A stretch of DNA of 64,000 nt from NCBI GenBank assembly GCA_051251855.1, contig JBPOGI010000006.1, positions 224,001 through 288,000 on the forward strand, written 5' to 3'. How positions within the stretch are numbered: position 1 is the stretch's first letter; the number at the start of each line of letters is the position of its first letter. Source of the stretch: Roseibacillus sp. (GTDB lineage Bacteria; Verrucomicrobiota; Verrucomicrobiia; Verrucomicrobiales; Akkermansiaceae). The position numbers and the translations under genes were made by a program. The notes below the pieces were generated by a model. The model saw nothing but the letters and a program-made list of their open reading frames with translations. It searched no databases and was not told the DNA's origin. Below are positions 47,284 through 57,607 of this stretch, piece after piece.

Positions 47284-48480
47284 CTAGAGATACTTATCGA
47301 AAATCTCGAACCAGGCGTCCACGAATTGGGTGCTGGAAAAGCTTTCCATACTTGGGCGCGCTCCTTGGCGGAGGCGGTTGACGAGATCGGATTGGGTGCC
47401 GAGTTGATGGAGCAGGGCGGTAATGTGATCCGTATTTTGAGGGGTGAAGGTGAAGCCGTTGACGTTGTTCTGCACAATCTCATGGGCGCCTGCTCGGTTG
47501 GAGACAATGACGGGAGCGCCGGCAGCAAGGGCTTCGTTGATGGTGAGGCCCCATTGGTCGTGGGTGCTCGCTAACAAGACTGTTTCAGCTAATTTGGCCG
47601 CGCGAGGAATTTGTTCGTAGGGGAGCCAGTCGACCAAGGTGATGCGATCGGTGAGATTCTTTTCGGCGATGAGCGCTTCCACGTCTTCGCGGAGTTCACC
47701 TTTGCCGGCCATCACGAGGCGGGGGAAGGTGTCGGTCTGTGCGTTGGCGGCGGCGTAGGCTTCGATGACGCGCGGGATGTTCTTCTTGGCAATGTAACGC
47801 ACGGGCATGAAGAAGAACTTCTCGCCTTCGCTCAACCCGAAAGTTTCGCGGATGGAGGCGTCGTTCTCTTCGTTGTCGGCTCGCTTGGCGATGTCTTCAT
47901 TGTCGAGCACGTTCCAGCCTGCAAATTGGGCAGGGCGCTTGGTGCCCGCGAGAAAGCGGGTGTAGTCTACACATTCCTGGCCGGAGCACATGAAGAAGTG
48001 ATAGATACGCATGAAGGGCACCTTGGCGGCTTCCATTGAAAAGGATTTTGAAAAGGACTCGGCATCGTTGAAGCGCGAGTCGTGCATGGGACCAGTCTTG
48101 AAAAAGAGGAGGCGTCCTAGCAGGCCGATGAGGAGACTGCTGGGTCGGTCGTAGCCACCGAGGAAGGCGATTTTGGGTTTGTTAGAGAGGACGTCGACGA
48201 AGGTTTCCCATGCGGTGCGGAGGGCGAGTCCGGAGGCGTAGGAGCGGAAGCCGAGGCCGTGGAATTGATGGGGGAAGATGGTGACGGGGACGCCGCCATA
48301 CTCAGACTCGATTTCGGCGTCCTGCCAGTTATAGTTGGGGTCCTTGGTGGAGAGAAGAAGAACGCGAAGACGGATTTTATCCTCGAGTCCACGTTTCTTA
48401 ATCTCCTCTTGCAGAGCAGTGACTCGGAAAGCCAAGTAGGGGGTGTGGCCGTCGAAGGTGATAAGGACGTTGGGCTTCAT
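47284..48480 (-). CDS. Glycosyltransferase, GT4 (Glycos_transf_1) family
   Basis: RYIAKKN and DQWGLTINEALAAGAPVIVS motifs. Confidence 0.9.
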   Translation of the reverse strand: MKPNVLITFDGHTPYLAFRVTALQEEIKKRGLEDKIRLRVLLLSTKDPNYNWQDAEIESEYGGVPVTIFPHQFHGLGFRSYASGLALRTAWETFVDVLSNKPKIAFLGGYDRPSSLLIGLLGRLLFFKTGPMHDSRFNDAESFSKSFSMEAAKVPFMRIYHFFMCSGQECVDYTRFLAGTKRPAQFAGWNVLDNEDIAKRADNEENDASIRETFGLSEGEKFFFMPVRYIAKKNIPRVIEAYAAANAQTDTFPRLVMAGKGELREDVEALIAEKNLTDRITLVDWLPYEQIPRAAKLAETVLLASTHDQWGLTINEALAAGAPVIVSNRAGAHEIVQNNVNGFTFTPQNTDHITALLHQLGTQSDLVNRLRQGARPSMESFSSTQFVDAWFEIFDKYL

Positions 48481-48607
48481 GAGAGAGCGTTCTTTGACTC
48501 AGAGTCTTAAAGGCAAAGAGGGCCCCAGAGAAAGGCCGCGTTAAACTTCAAAAAAGAAGTTCCGTGTTACCTCTGAGACTCGGTGTCGAAAATTGAAGTG
48601 AGAATTC

Positions 48608-49660
48608 CTAACCGATGCAAGCCTCGTAGATTTCGCCGAGAATGCCGTCGATGTCGTATTCGTATTTCCAGTCAGGGTAGTGGCTTTGGAACTTACGAAC
48701 GTCAGAAATATACCAGATGTGGTCGCCGATGCGGTTGTCTTCGAGGTAGCTGAACTCGAGCTTGTTGCCGGAGAGTTCTTCGCCCTTACGAATGGCTTCC
48801 ATCATGGAGCAGTTGGAATGACGGGAACCGCCGATGTTGTAGACTTCGCCGCTGCGAGGGGCGCGGTAGAAGTGCATGAAGGATTGGACAAGGTCGTGGG
48901 CGTGAATGTTGTCGCGCACCTGCTTACCCTTGTAGCCGAAGATGCGGTAAGGGTTTTTGTTGACGATGCACTTCATGAGGTAGGCGAGGAAGCCGTGCAG
49001 CTCGGCACCAGCGTGGGCGGGGCCGGTGAGGCAGCCACCACGGAAAACGGCGGTCTTCATGCCGAAGTATTTGCCGTATTCCTGCACCATGACGTCGGCA
49101 GCGACTTTGCTGGCTCCGAAGACGGAGTGCTTGCACATGTCGATGGACATATTTTCGTCGATGCCGATTTGGTAAGCGTGAGAAGGGTCGATTTCCCAAC
49201 GGAGCTCTTGCTCAATGAGAGGGAGTTCGTTGGGGCGGTCGCCGTAGACTTTATTGGTAGAAGTGAAGATGAAGACGGCTTCGGGGGCGTGCAGTCGAGT
49301 GGCCTCTAACATGTGGAGAGTGCCGGTAGCATTAACGCCGAAGTCGGTGAGGGGCTCTTTGGCCGCCCAGTCATGAGAAGGTTGCGCAGCGGTGTGGACG
49401 ATGAGGTCGATATCGCTGCCATATTTTTGGAAGATAGCGGCCACGTCTTCAAAGTTACGAATGTCTACCGCTTCGTGGACGAAGTTCTGAGAAAGATCCT
49501 GTAGCTCGGAGGTGGTGCCGGCGGTGGAGGCTTCGTCACCGAAGAAGTAGGCACGCATGTTGTTGTCGATACCGACGACCCGGTGGCCGTTTTTGAGGAG
49601 GGTTTTGACGGTCTCTGAACCGATGAGGCCGCTGGAGCCAGTAACAATCGCAGTTTTCAT
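48608..49660 (-). CDS. NAD-dependent epimerase (CDP-paratose 2-epimerase-like)
   Basis: [31 protein letters not shown] and GKQVRDNIH motifs. Confidence 0.9.
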   Translation of the reverse strand: MKTAIVTGSSGLIGSETVKTLLKNGHRVVGIDNNMRAYFFGDEASTAGTTSELQDLSQNFVHEAVDIRNFEDVAAIFQKYGSDIDLIVHTAAQPSHDWAAKEPLTDFGVNATGTLHMLEATRLHAPEAVFIFTSTNKVYGDRPNELPLIEQELRWEIDPSHAYQIGIDENMSIDMCKHSVFGASKVAADVMVQEYGKYFGMKTAVFRGGCLTGPAHAGAELHGFLAYLMKCIVNKNPYRIFGYKGKQVRDNIHAHDLVQSFMHFYRAPRSGEVYNIGGSRHSNCSMMEAIRKGEELSGNKLEFSYLEDNRIGDHIWYISDVRKFQSHYPDWKYEYDIDGILGEIYEACIG

Positions 49661-49819
49661 ATAAGGGGTGAACAGGGGCCCTCAATCCGGGTCTTCAAGA
49701 GGTCTTGAAGTTGAACGGGAATTGAATGCACGGCATCTTATAATGATTTTGTCATGAAATGGCGAGCCTGAATTCGTTAAAATGTCCTTAGTCGCAAAGA
49801 GGTGCGGTTATTGATTGCG

Positions 49820-49855
49820 AAAAAAGCCTACTGCCATGAGAGGCAGTAGGCTTTT
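49820..49855 (-). terminator. Intrinsic terminator (possibly bidirectional)
   Basis: AAAAGCCTACTGCC-ATGAGA-GGCAGTAGGCTTTT, just downstream of the stop at 49879. Confidence 0.85.
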
Positions 49856-49878
49856 GGATTGCTGTGAAAATTCTTGGG

Positions 49879-52800
49879 TTAGGGAAACTCCACCCAGACA
49901 CGATAGAAGCAACCCGATTGGGTTGTGGAATCAACGGGTTCAAGAATGGTGCCTCGAGACCAGTTGCTATCGATGCTGGTGATGGTCACGTTACCCGTGA
50001 AGGGAACAAACGAATTCGGCAGCAGGGTGGTGGACTTTTGCGGGGTATAGACCAATACGCATTCCTTCCGGATCAAGTATTCGAGTTGTAAGAACAGCTG
50101 CCCGTTGATGTCTACGATTCCAGTCCAAGGCAAACCAGAGCTTCCTCCGAGATTCATGGTTTGTGAATCAGGGCCTGCAAGGTTCAAGTTGAAGGCGTAC
50201 TTCATCAAGTTGGAGATGCCGTCGCCAAAGGGGATAGCAGTCGGTAGAGCATCTGCTCCTATCAATCCTGCTTGTGCCACTGCGGCATCGTACTGTGCCA
50301 AAGCAATGGAGGCTGTGCTGGGGGTCTCAAAGAGGTAAGCCGCACCTGCGACTGTTAGGCTGTTATCACTTTGATTACTGTTGACTCCGATGGAGTTGCT
50401 TTTTTCTCCCTTAGCTCCGACGAAGATGGTCGATCCGTAGATGTCAACTGACCAACCAAACTCATCGTCTTCTCCCGTATTTGATGCTTTGAGGAAGACC
50501 TGCTGAGTCCAAGTCCCTGCGATATTTTGGAAGAGATAGGTTGCTCCAGCACGAGTAAGGCTATCATCGTTTTGATTCCCACCATTGACTCCCACCGATT
50601 GGCTTTCCTCGTAAGGGCTGCCGATCAAGAGGAGGTCCCCTGAGAGAGAGGCGGACCATCCAAAGCGGTCACCATTACCTGGATTTGAGGCCTTGAGATA
50701 GGCTTGTTCCGTCCAGTTGTTAGAGTTGTCCCGAGTGAAAACGTAGGCGGCACCAGCTTTGTCGACCGAGCTATCACCCTCGTAGGGTGCACAAACGACG
50801 GCGGTGTCCCCTTCGAGCGCCACTGCAGTTCCGAAGCGATCGGCAGGGCCCTTGTTAGAGGCTTTTAAGGAGGCTTGTTGGTTCCAGTTGCCATTGGTTC
50901 TAACAAAGATGTAGGCAGCTCCAAAGTCACCGTTGAGTCCATTGGCTCCCGGAGCTTCGCTATTTTCTCCCGAAGCGCCCACGATAACAGTGTCTCCAGA
51001 AACTGCGACCGAAGAGCCAAAGAGGTCTCCGCGAGCGGTGTTGGATGCTTTGAGGTAGGCCTCTTGGGTCCAGTTGTTGCCGTTTCTCACGAATACATAA
51101 GCGGCACCCGATTGCTGCCCTTGTGCTAGAGCGGTGCTGGTATCGACATCATCGCCTTGGTCTCCGTTAACTCCAGTTGCCGAACTGTCTTCCCAAGCGG
51201 CACCGACGACGAGGGTGTCTCCAGCCAGAGAGAGCTCTTCTCCAAAGCGGTCTCCGTCACCTGTATTGGAAGCCTTGACATAGGCCTGCTGGGTCCACGT
51301 GGTGCCATTGCGAACGAAGAGATAGACCGCCCCCGAGTTTGAGAAGCTATTGTCTGCCTGGTTTCCGTTGATACCAATGGCGGAACTGTCTTCGGCAAGC
51401 GCTCCCACCGCAAGGGTGTCACCGTAGAGCGAGACTTTGCCTCCGAAGCTGTCGCCTGAATCTGGGTTTGAGGATTTGATGGTTGCTTGCAGGCTCCATT
51501 CGCAGTTGTCGGGGTCTCGCACATAGATGTAAACCGCTCCCGATCCCCCCGTGTTATTGTTGTTCATGTCCTGGTTGATTCCTACGGCATCGCTGTCCTC
51601 AGAGTAGGCTCCAATAGCGACGGTGTTTTCCCACACGGAAACAGAGCAGCCGAATTGGTCACCGTTTCCGGTGTTGGATGCTTTGAAGTAGACCTCTTGT
51701 GCAATATCGGGAGGAACGATTCCCACGCCGGTGAGTGCAATCTCGAAGGGGTTTTCATCGAGGTCGTTACTTGCAATCGACAAGGTGGCGGTGCGTGAAC
51801 CCTCTCCGCTAGGAGTGAAGGAAACGGTAATGGTCCGGCAAGCACAGGGGGAGAGCTGACTGCCTAACAAGCTGCTATCGACTACAAAATCCCCAGCATG
51901 CGGACCTGAGACGTTGACCGAGAGTCCGGAGAGCAAACCAAAGCCCTCGTTGCAAATGGTGATTGTTTTTGTGAGAGCGGGGCTGTCGACCAGTCCAGCA
52001 CCTAGGTCTACGGTTGCGAATCCGTTCGTGAGGTCGTTACCAACAGGTTCTTCCACTTTGATTTCTGGAAGGAAGTCGTAAACATAAGCGGCTCCACTTG
52101 TGGTGTTCCCCGGACCCGAGCGGACTCCGCGCGAACCAACTACCATACCGAAGTCAGAGATGGCGAGCGCTTGCCCGAAGGTGTAGGAGCTCCCGACTTC
52201 GGAAGCTTTGAGGTAGGCCTTTTCGAGCCAAGAGCCTCCCCAGCTGATATAGACGCGCACCGAACCGGAAGCGCCCACGCTGTTATCGGATTCGTCTCCG
52301 TTCACATTGACGCTGCTGCTGTCTTCCAGAGAGGCTCCGACTGCGAGGGTGGTTTTGGTCATTGTGACCCACACTCCGTAGCGGTCTCCCGCATCCGTGG
52401 TGTTGGGCTTGAGATAACTTGTTTGGCTCCAGTTGCTGCCGCTGGGTCGAAAGACGTAAGCGGCTCCAGAATCTAGGGCGCTGTTGTTGCTTTCATCGCC
52501 GTCCACTCCGGTGGCATTCGAATCTTCCTGGGGGGCACCGACGAGAACGGTGTCGGCAGCGATAGATACAGACCAACCGAATAGGTCTTCAATATCCGGA
52601 TTGTTAGCCTTCAGATAGGCGATTTGGCTCCAGCCACTGTTGTTCTCAAAAACGTAAGCAGCGCCTGAAGCACCCACGCTGTTGTCGTTTTCATTTCCAC
52701 TCAAGTTGCTGTCTTCCAGGGGAGCTCCAACGACCAGTAGGTTGCTATCGAGAGCTACTGAGAAGCCGAACTCATCGCCAGCTTGGAGATTGGAGGCCTT

Positions 52801-55251
52801 AAGGTAGTCGTCTGTACTCCAAACCCCCACCAGTCGTTTAAAGAGAAAAACGGCTCCCGAGTTTCCAGCGGAATTGTTGGTGGGGTCGTTTGTTCCGCTA
52901 TCTTCCAAAGGCGATCCGACCGCGATTCGTTCGTTGGAAATCGCCACGGAGTAACCAAATCGATCGCCCAAGCCGGGGTCCGGCGACTTCAGATAAGCTT
53001 GCTCGCTCCATGTCGTTCCGGTGCGCTGAAAGACATAAGCGGCTCCCGCCAATGATACCGAATTATCGGAGCCTGCGCCAGGAACGTTGATTCCGGCGAT
53101 ACCGCTTTCTTCTCGATAGGCTCCCACCACGATGGTGTCGTCCCAGATGTCGACTGACCACCCAAAGGCATCGTTGACGCCTGCGTTGCTCGCTTTCAAA
53201 TAAGCTTGTTGCGTCAAAGTTCCACCACTGCGTGAATAGACATAAACGGCACCCGAATCGGTGCGGCTATTATCGGATTCGTCACCATTGATGCCAGTGG
53301 ACGCGCTGTCTTCATTGTAGGCTCCAACCACCACTGTGCTTCCGTCTTCGGAAATCGCTACCGAGTAGCCGTATTCATCTCCGAAATCAGGAGCGTTGCC
53401 TGTGAGGCAAGCTTGCTGAGCGATGAGGTAGGGCGTCACTCCGCTTCCGATTAAGTTGATCAGGAAGGGGTTTTCGTCCGCGTCGTTACTCGCTATTTCT
53501 AGGGTCGCGGTGTGCGAGCTTTCAGTGGTCGGAGTATAGGTGACCTCGACGGTGATGCACTCGCCGGGCGCGAGAGTTGTTCCTGTTAGATTTGTGTTTA
53601 AGGCAAACTCACTGGTATCGCTTCCACTCAAAGTGGCGACGAGTCCGGTGAGGGGAGCGCTTCCGTTGTTGCAAATGGTGAAAGTTTCCGGCGGGCTGGT
53701 ATCGCCCAGTAAGAGGCTGCCGAAGTTTTGGGTGGAAAGGGTGCTCGCTAAGTCCGTTCCGAGGGAGTTTTCCACCGCGATTTCGGGTGCGAGAATGGAA
53801 GCAACACGGAAGCCCAAGCCTTCGAATTCAAAGGTCCGTTGATGAGCGCTTTTGACCCCGGCATTCATTTCGTTGAGGAGCCAGTAGCCCCCACGCGCCA
53901 CTCGAATCTCGGTGGCCGAATCGTTGGGCTGCGTGAACCCTGATTCCGTCCACTCTCTGGCATTGCCACCCTGGGCCGTGGTCCCAAGGGCGCTCAGCCC
54001 GCCTGCGTTGAAGATGTCCGCGGGACCTTCGCCAGCTCCGGATTGAGAATAGACCGCTGTGCCAGAAGTGGTTCCGTTGGCGACTGCGGAGGGAAAACTA
54101 TCACTGCCTGTGGGGTAGTCCCAGTAGCCACCCGAGCCGCCATTGAGGGCCGGGTCAAAGTAGGCAGCCTTATACCATTCGTCTTCGCTGGGCAGGAAGT
54201 AAAAGGCATTGGAATTGCGGAAGGCATTGGTGGGATCGTAGCCGGAATCTTGTGAGGTCCAGAGCGCGATGTCGTCGTTGCCTCCATTGGTGGTGAACTT
54301 ATAGGCCGGCGCATGACCTTGACTGGTATTGAGCCAATTGACGAAGCGGGCGGCCTCGTTCCAACTGATGCCAGTCGCTGGTCGGTCCCCGCCATTGGCA
54401 TTGTAGGAGGTCATGTCTGCCATGGTGAGTGTGGGGCCGCCGCTGTTGAGATTGTAGGCGTCGATCATGCTGCGGCTCACTTCGTATTTTGCGATGCGGT
54501 AAGGAGAACCGACTGCGCCGTTGCCAGTATTGTCGTCCGCATTACCGGCTTCTCCGATTTCGACAAAATTCATCGAAAAACCTGGAAAGCTATCGGTGCC
54601 GGGAATGGGATTCGCGGTGAGAACGAAGTTGTCAACGGTGCCGGTCGAGTTGCTGATGTTTCCCACGAAGACCGAGTCGACGGGGGAAGCGTCGGTGGTC
54701 ACACTGTTTCCCACGACCACACCATTCAGCTTGTAGCTCAGGGTCGAGTTTGCGAGGTTGGCTCCCGTGGTGAGGTGAATTTCCATGCTGTTAGGAAAGG
54801 GAGAGGTCGAAGGGGCGCTCTGAGCTCCGTTGGTTCCACTGGAGAAAAACTGAACTTGAGCGGTGCGTCGATGCAGCATGAAACCACGCGATGAGGAGGC
54901 CACATTGCCGGAAGAGGTGGTGAAGCCAAACCCGATCCAGTCCTGACTACCATTGGTGCCCCCGGTCATGACGTTGACGTCCATGGAGAGGACGTAGTGG
55001 GTGTTGGTTGCGAGAGTCAGGCTACCGATTCGGGAAGCGGTGCCTCCCGAGATGCTGACCTCACTGCCATTGGTGGTCCATCCGCTGCCGATCCAAGTTT
55101 GGCCCGAGTCGGTGGTGGAATTGTTGAGCGCTCCTGTGCGAGAGAAGGTGTCTTCGATGACGGTGGTGGCTTGAAGCCTCCCGAGTAAGGCAGCAAAAGC
55201 CACAAGGGCAATGGTTAGGTTCTTGATTGAATGTGCGAATGGATTGTTCAT
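49879..55251 (-). CDS. Large surface protein: FGE/SUMF1-like domain + two ASH/Ig (choice-of-anchor D-like) domains + two FG-GAP propeller blocks
   Basis: YRIAKYEV..SWNEAARFVNWL..LPSEDEWYKAAY..GNAREW..GFRV; IASNDADENPF twice; many YLKASN..D.FG.SVA..VVGA..ED..GAAYVF repeats. Confidence 0.88.
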   Translation of the reverse strand: MNNPFAHSIKNLTIALVAFAALLGRLQATTVIEDTFSRTGALNNSTTDSGQTWIGSGWTTNGSEVSISGGTASRIGSLTLATNTHYVLSMDVNVMTGGTNGSQDWIGFGFTTSSGNVASSSRGFMLHRRTAQVQFFSSGTNGAQSAPSTSPFPNSMEIHLTTGANLANSTLSYKLNGVVVGNSVTTDASPVDSVFVGNISNSTGTVDNFVLTANPIPGTDSFPGFSMNFVEIGEAGNADDNTGNGAVGSPYRIAKYEVSRSMIDAYNLNSGGPTLTMADMTSYNANGGDRPATGISWNEAARFVNWLNTSQGHAPAYKFTTNGGNDDIALWTSQDSGYDPTNAFRNSNAFYFLPSEDEWYKAAYFDPALNGGSGGYWDYPTGSDSFPSAVANGTTSGTAVYSQSGAGEGPADIFNAGGLSALGTTAQGGNAREWTESGFTQPNDSATEIRVARGGYWLLNEMNAGVKSAHQRTFEFEGLGFRVASILAPEIAVENSLGTDLASTLSTQNFGSLLLGDTSPPETFTICNNGSAPLTGLVATLSGSDTSEFALNTNLTGTTLAPGECITVEVTYTPTTESSHTATLEIASNDADENPFLINLIGSGVTPYLIAQQACLTGNAPDFGDEYGYSVAISEDGSTVVVGAYNEDSASTGINGDESDNSRTDSGAVYVYSRSGGTLTQQAYLKASNAGVNDAFGWSVDIWDDTIVVGAYREESGIAGINVPGAGSDNSVSLAGAAYVFQRTGTTWSEQAYLKSPDPGLGDRFGYSVAISNERIAVGSPLEDSGTNDPTNNSAGNSGAVFLFKRLVGVWSTDDYLKASNLQAGDEFGFSVALDSNLLVVGAPLEDSNLSGNENDNSVGASGAAYVFENNSGWSQIAYLKANNPDIEDLFGWSVSIAADTVLVGAPQEDSNATGVDGDESNNSALDSGAAYVFRPSGSNWSQTSYLKPNTTDAGDRYGVWVTMTKTTLAVGASLEDSSSVNVNGDESDNSVGASGSVRVYISWGGSWLEKAYLKASEVGSSYTFGQALAISDFGMVVGSRGVRSGPGNTTSGAAYVYDFLPEIKVEEPVGNDLTNGFATVDLGAGLVDSPALTKTITICNEGFGLLSGLSVNVSGPHAGDFVVDSSLLGSQLSPCACRTITVSFTPSGEGSRTATLSIASNDLDENPFEIALTGVGIVPPDIAQEVYFKASNTGNGDQFGCSVSVWENTVAIGAYSEDSDAVGINQDMNNNNTGGSGAVYIYVRDPDNCEWSLQATIKSSNPDSGDSFGGKVSLYGDTLAVGALAEDSSAIGINGNQADNSFSNSGAVYLFVRNGTTWTQQAYVKASNTGDGDRFGEELSLAGDTLVVGAAWEDSSATGVNGDQGDDVDTSTALAQGQQSGAAYVFVRNGNNWTQEAYLKASNTARGDLFGSSVAVSGDTVIVGASGENSEAPGANGLNGDFGAAYIFVRTNGNWNQQASLKASNKGPADRFGTAVALEGDTAVVCAPYEGDSSVDKAGAAYVFTRDNSNNWTEQAYLKASNPGNGDRFGWSASLSGDLLLIGSPYEESQSVGVNGGNQNDDSLTRAGATYLFQNIAGTWTQQVFLKASNTGEDDEFGWSVDIYGSTIFVGAKGEKSNSIGVNSNQSDNSLTVAGAAYLFETPSTASIALAQYDAAVAQAGLIGADALPTAIPFGDGISNLMKYAFNLNLAGPDSQTMNLGGSSGLPWTGIVDINGQLFLQLEYLIRKECVLVYTPQKSTTLLPNSFVPFTGNVTITSIDSNWSRGTILEPVDSTTQSGCFYRVWVEFP

Positions 55252-55393
55252 CTGATTGGTTTCTGGTTGGGAAGCAAGAACCGTGAGCATCGAAAGAGTG
55301 CGGAGAGTTCAGAGGGCTTCATTCTCTTGTTGGGAAAGGAAAGAGAGGCCGGACAAAAAAGTGGGCGAAAAATTAGATTTCTTCGCGAAGGGC

Positions 55394-55531
55394 GCAGGCT
55401 CCGGAGCGTGGCGTTTGAAGCCGTTGGTTCGCGGAAGGGTGGGAGGGTGGCTTTCTTTTCCAGGAAGAGGCGGGCAGGCCTACCCTGAACTCAGCTAATT
55501 TGGGGTAGCAGCTTGCAAAGACCACGCTCCA
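55394..55531. repeat. REP doublet matching the MITE interior, without the IS4-like ends
   Basis: GGAGCGTGGCGTTTGAAGCCG, GCAGGCCTACCCTGAA and GCTTGCAAAGACCACGCTCC, in the same order as at 429-572. Confidence 0.65.
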
Positions 55532-55611
55532 GATGGTTTCGCTCGCTTCGCTTCCATAGGACAGACTGGCGGGGCGGGCTGAAAACCCGCGGTCCGCAGG
55601 CCCAAGTCGAT

Positions 55612-56739
55612 CTAGAAGAATATTCTCTCCACAGTCCAGAAGAGTCCAGTGGCGGCTATCGCAAGGGAGGCGGCGATGCGGAGGTAGTTGTATTCCTTCT
55701 TTTCGTTCCACCAGACGGTGACTCCTAAGGCAATCAGGAGGATGGTGATTTGGGCGGCTTCCACTCCGAGATTGAAGCCAATGATGGGGACAACGAGGGC
55801 TCCCGGCTCCACGGGCAGCTCGCTCATCACGCTGCCGAAGCCCATGCCGTGCAAAAGACCGAGTGCGAAGATGAGGCCGAGGCGCCAGGGCTTGAGTTCT
55901 TTGAGAAAGAGGTTTTCGATGGCGACATAGGCGATACTCAGGGCGATGAGGGGCTCGATGATGTTGCCGTTGAAAGGAATTTTTCCCGCCACGGTAAGGC
56001 CGAGAGTGATGGAGTGAGCAAGGGTGAAGACGAGGCTTTGGGTCAGGAGGGGCTTGAGTTGTGGAGAGAGAAGGAAGATACCGAGGATGAAGAGGATGTG
56101 ATCGAGGCCAGCGGGGATCACGTGGAGGAAGCCTTGTTTGAGCCAGTTGAAAAAGGAGAAGCCATGCTCCACAACAACGGGTTCGCTTTCTTCAGTGCCG
56201 TCAATTGAAGCGAGAGAGTAAATTTCGCCTTGAGAAACGGTGACCAGAGGGAGCTCACGCTTGTTAGAAATAGTGGCAAGAGCGAGTGAGGGACCGTCTT
56301 CCCCTTCGTGCCAAAAGAGTTCGAGGTCTCCTTTTTGGGAGCCATAGTCCCAGTGAATATTCCAGACCATGCGGGTGAAGGTGTCGGAGCGGTCCTGAAA
56401 GTATTTCGTCCATTCCGTGCCCCATTGCGCGAAAGTGATTTCGAGCGAGACCGGCATTCCGTTGACTTGAAGAACGAGGACTTCTTGGAGATATTTCTGC
56501 CCTTCGACTTTGATACGCTGTTTCTCTTCTGCTGACAGAGCATCGAACCACTCACCGGTAGGCCTGGTGTCGTCCTCATTGGAGCGCATCTCAGGCAAGG
56601 CGTAGCCGGCATCCATCTCGAGCCGAGCGGTCAGGTGATCGTCCTCAAGGGTGAGACGCATAAAGTGCTGTTCAACTTCATGCGCTCCGATGGGAAAGAA
56701 CCCAATAAGTGTGAGGAAAATCAGCAAGTAGCCTCTCAT
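55612..56739 (-). CDS. HupE/UreJ-family protein with N-terminal soluble domain
   Basis: GFLHVIPAGLDHILF, FTLAHSITL, LGLLHGMGF and FNLGVEAAQ motifs. Confidence 0.9.
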   Translation of the reverse strand: MRGYLLIFLTLIGFFPIGAHEVEQHFMRLTLEDDHLTARLEMDAGYALPEMRSNEDDTRPTGEWFDALSAEEKQRIKVEGQKYLQEVLVLQVNGMPVSLEITFAQWGTEWTKYFQDRSDTFTRMVWNIHWDYGSQKGDLELFWHEGEDGPSLALATISNKRELPLVTVSQGEIYSLASIDGTEESEPVVVEHGFSFFNWLKQGFLHVIPAGLDHILFILGIFLLSPQLKPLLTQSLVFTLAHSITLGLTVAGKIPFNGNIIEPLIALSIAYVAIENLFLKELKPWRLGLIFALGLLHGMGFGSVMSELPVEPGALVVPIIGFNLGVEAAQITILLIALGVTVWWNEKKEYNYLRIAASLAIAATGLFWTVERIFF

Positions 56740-56811
56740 GGGAAAGACTTTGAAAGCCGCAAAGTCACTTGCCAAGTGCAGATTGATTCCTAACAGGGGA
56801 TGGGTGGTTCG

Positions 56812-57573
56812 TTACTCGGTATCATTGGCTTTGGACTGCGCAAACATCCATTCCCAGAATTTGGGATTGCGATAGGTCGCCGTCCAAGAATCATGGTTGG
56901 TGAGAAGCATCTCGGTGTAGTGAAGTTGCGCCGCTCCTGCTTCTTTGAGGGCTTTGACAAGGTGGCGCGACATTTCAGCGGGAACAATGATGTCGTCGGC
57001 CCCATGGGTGATGTGGAGAGGAATATTTTTGTATTTCGCCACGAGGGTTGCGTCTCCACCCCCGCAAACGGGCAGGGCGGCGGCCCAAGTTTCGGGGGAC
57101 TTGGAAAGGAGGGCAAAGGTGCCATAGCCTCCCATTGAGAGTCCGGTGAGATAGATGCGGCTGCGGTCAATGGGGTGCTCGCTGACGGTCTTTTCAACGA
57201 GGGCGAGGAGGGCATCGAGGCGGGGTTGTTTGGGAGAGAGGCGAATGCCCTCGGGGTCTTTATAGTCGGTGGCTTCGGACCACCACATGTCGCTTGGGCA
57301 CTGAGGGGCGATGATGTGACAAGGCTGGTTTGTCTTCTCGAGCCAAGCCAGAAGTTCGGGCATGCCGTGTGTGAGCTGGGACTTGTTGTCGTCGCCACGT
57401 TCTCCTGCGCCATGGAGAAAGAGAACGAGGGGAATTTTTTCTTCTTTCGGGCCGCTGCGGTGACTGGCGTAGGGAAGTGTGAGCTCTTGGTGTTGAAAGC
57501 GGTCTTTCTTCCAATCGGAGGGGTTGGAAAGCAGAGTTGTGACCATGAGGAGAGAAAGGCATAGAATTTTCAT
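56812..57573 (-). CDS. Alpha/beta hydrolase (phospholipase/carboxylesterase or predicted peptidase)
   Basis: PLVLFLHGAGERG, IAPQCP, GLSMGG, HGADD and HDSW motifs. Confidence 0.9.
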   Translation of the reverse strand: MKILCLSLLMVTTLLSNPSDWKKDRFQHQELTLPYASHRSGPKEEKIPLVLFLHGAGERGDDNKSQLTHGMPELLAWLEKTNQPCHIIAPQCPSDMWWSEATDYKDPEGIRLSPKQPRLDALLALVEKTVSEHPIDRSRIYLTGLSMGGYGTFALLSKSPETWAAALPVCGGGDATLVAKYKNIPLHITHGADDIIVPAEMSRHLVKALKEAGAAQLHYTEMLLTNHDSWTATYRNPKFWEWMFAQSKANDTE

Positions 57574-57607
57574 AAGAAAAAGAGGAGATACTTCGTTAGT
57601 ATGTCAG

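Noticed and set aside
1..56739. Both HupE/UreJ genes being followed by the same REP doublet
   Set aside because: Only two cases, and the third copy of the repeat is unrelated to HupE genes; likely coincidence.
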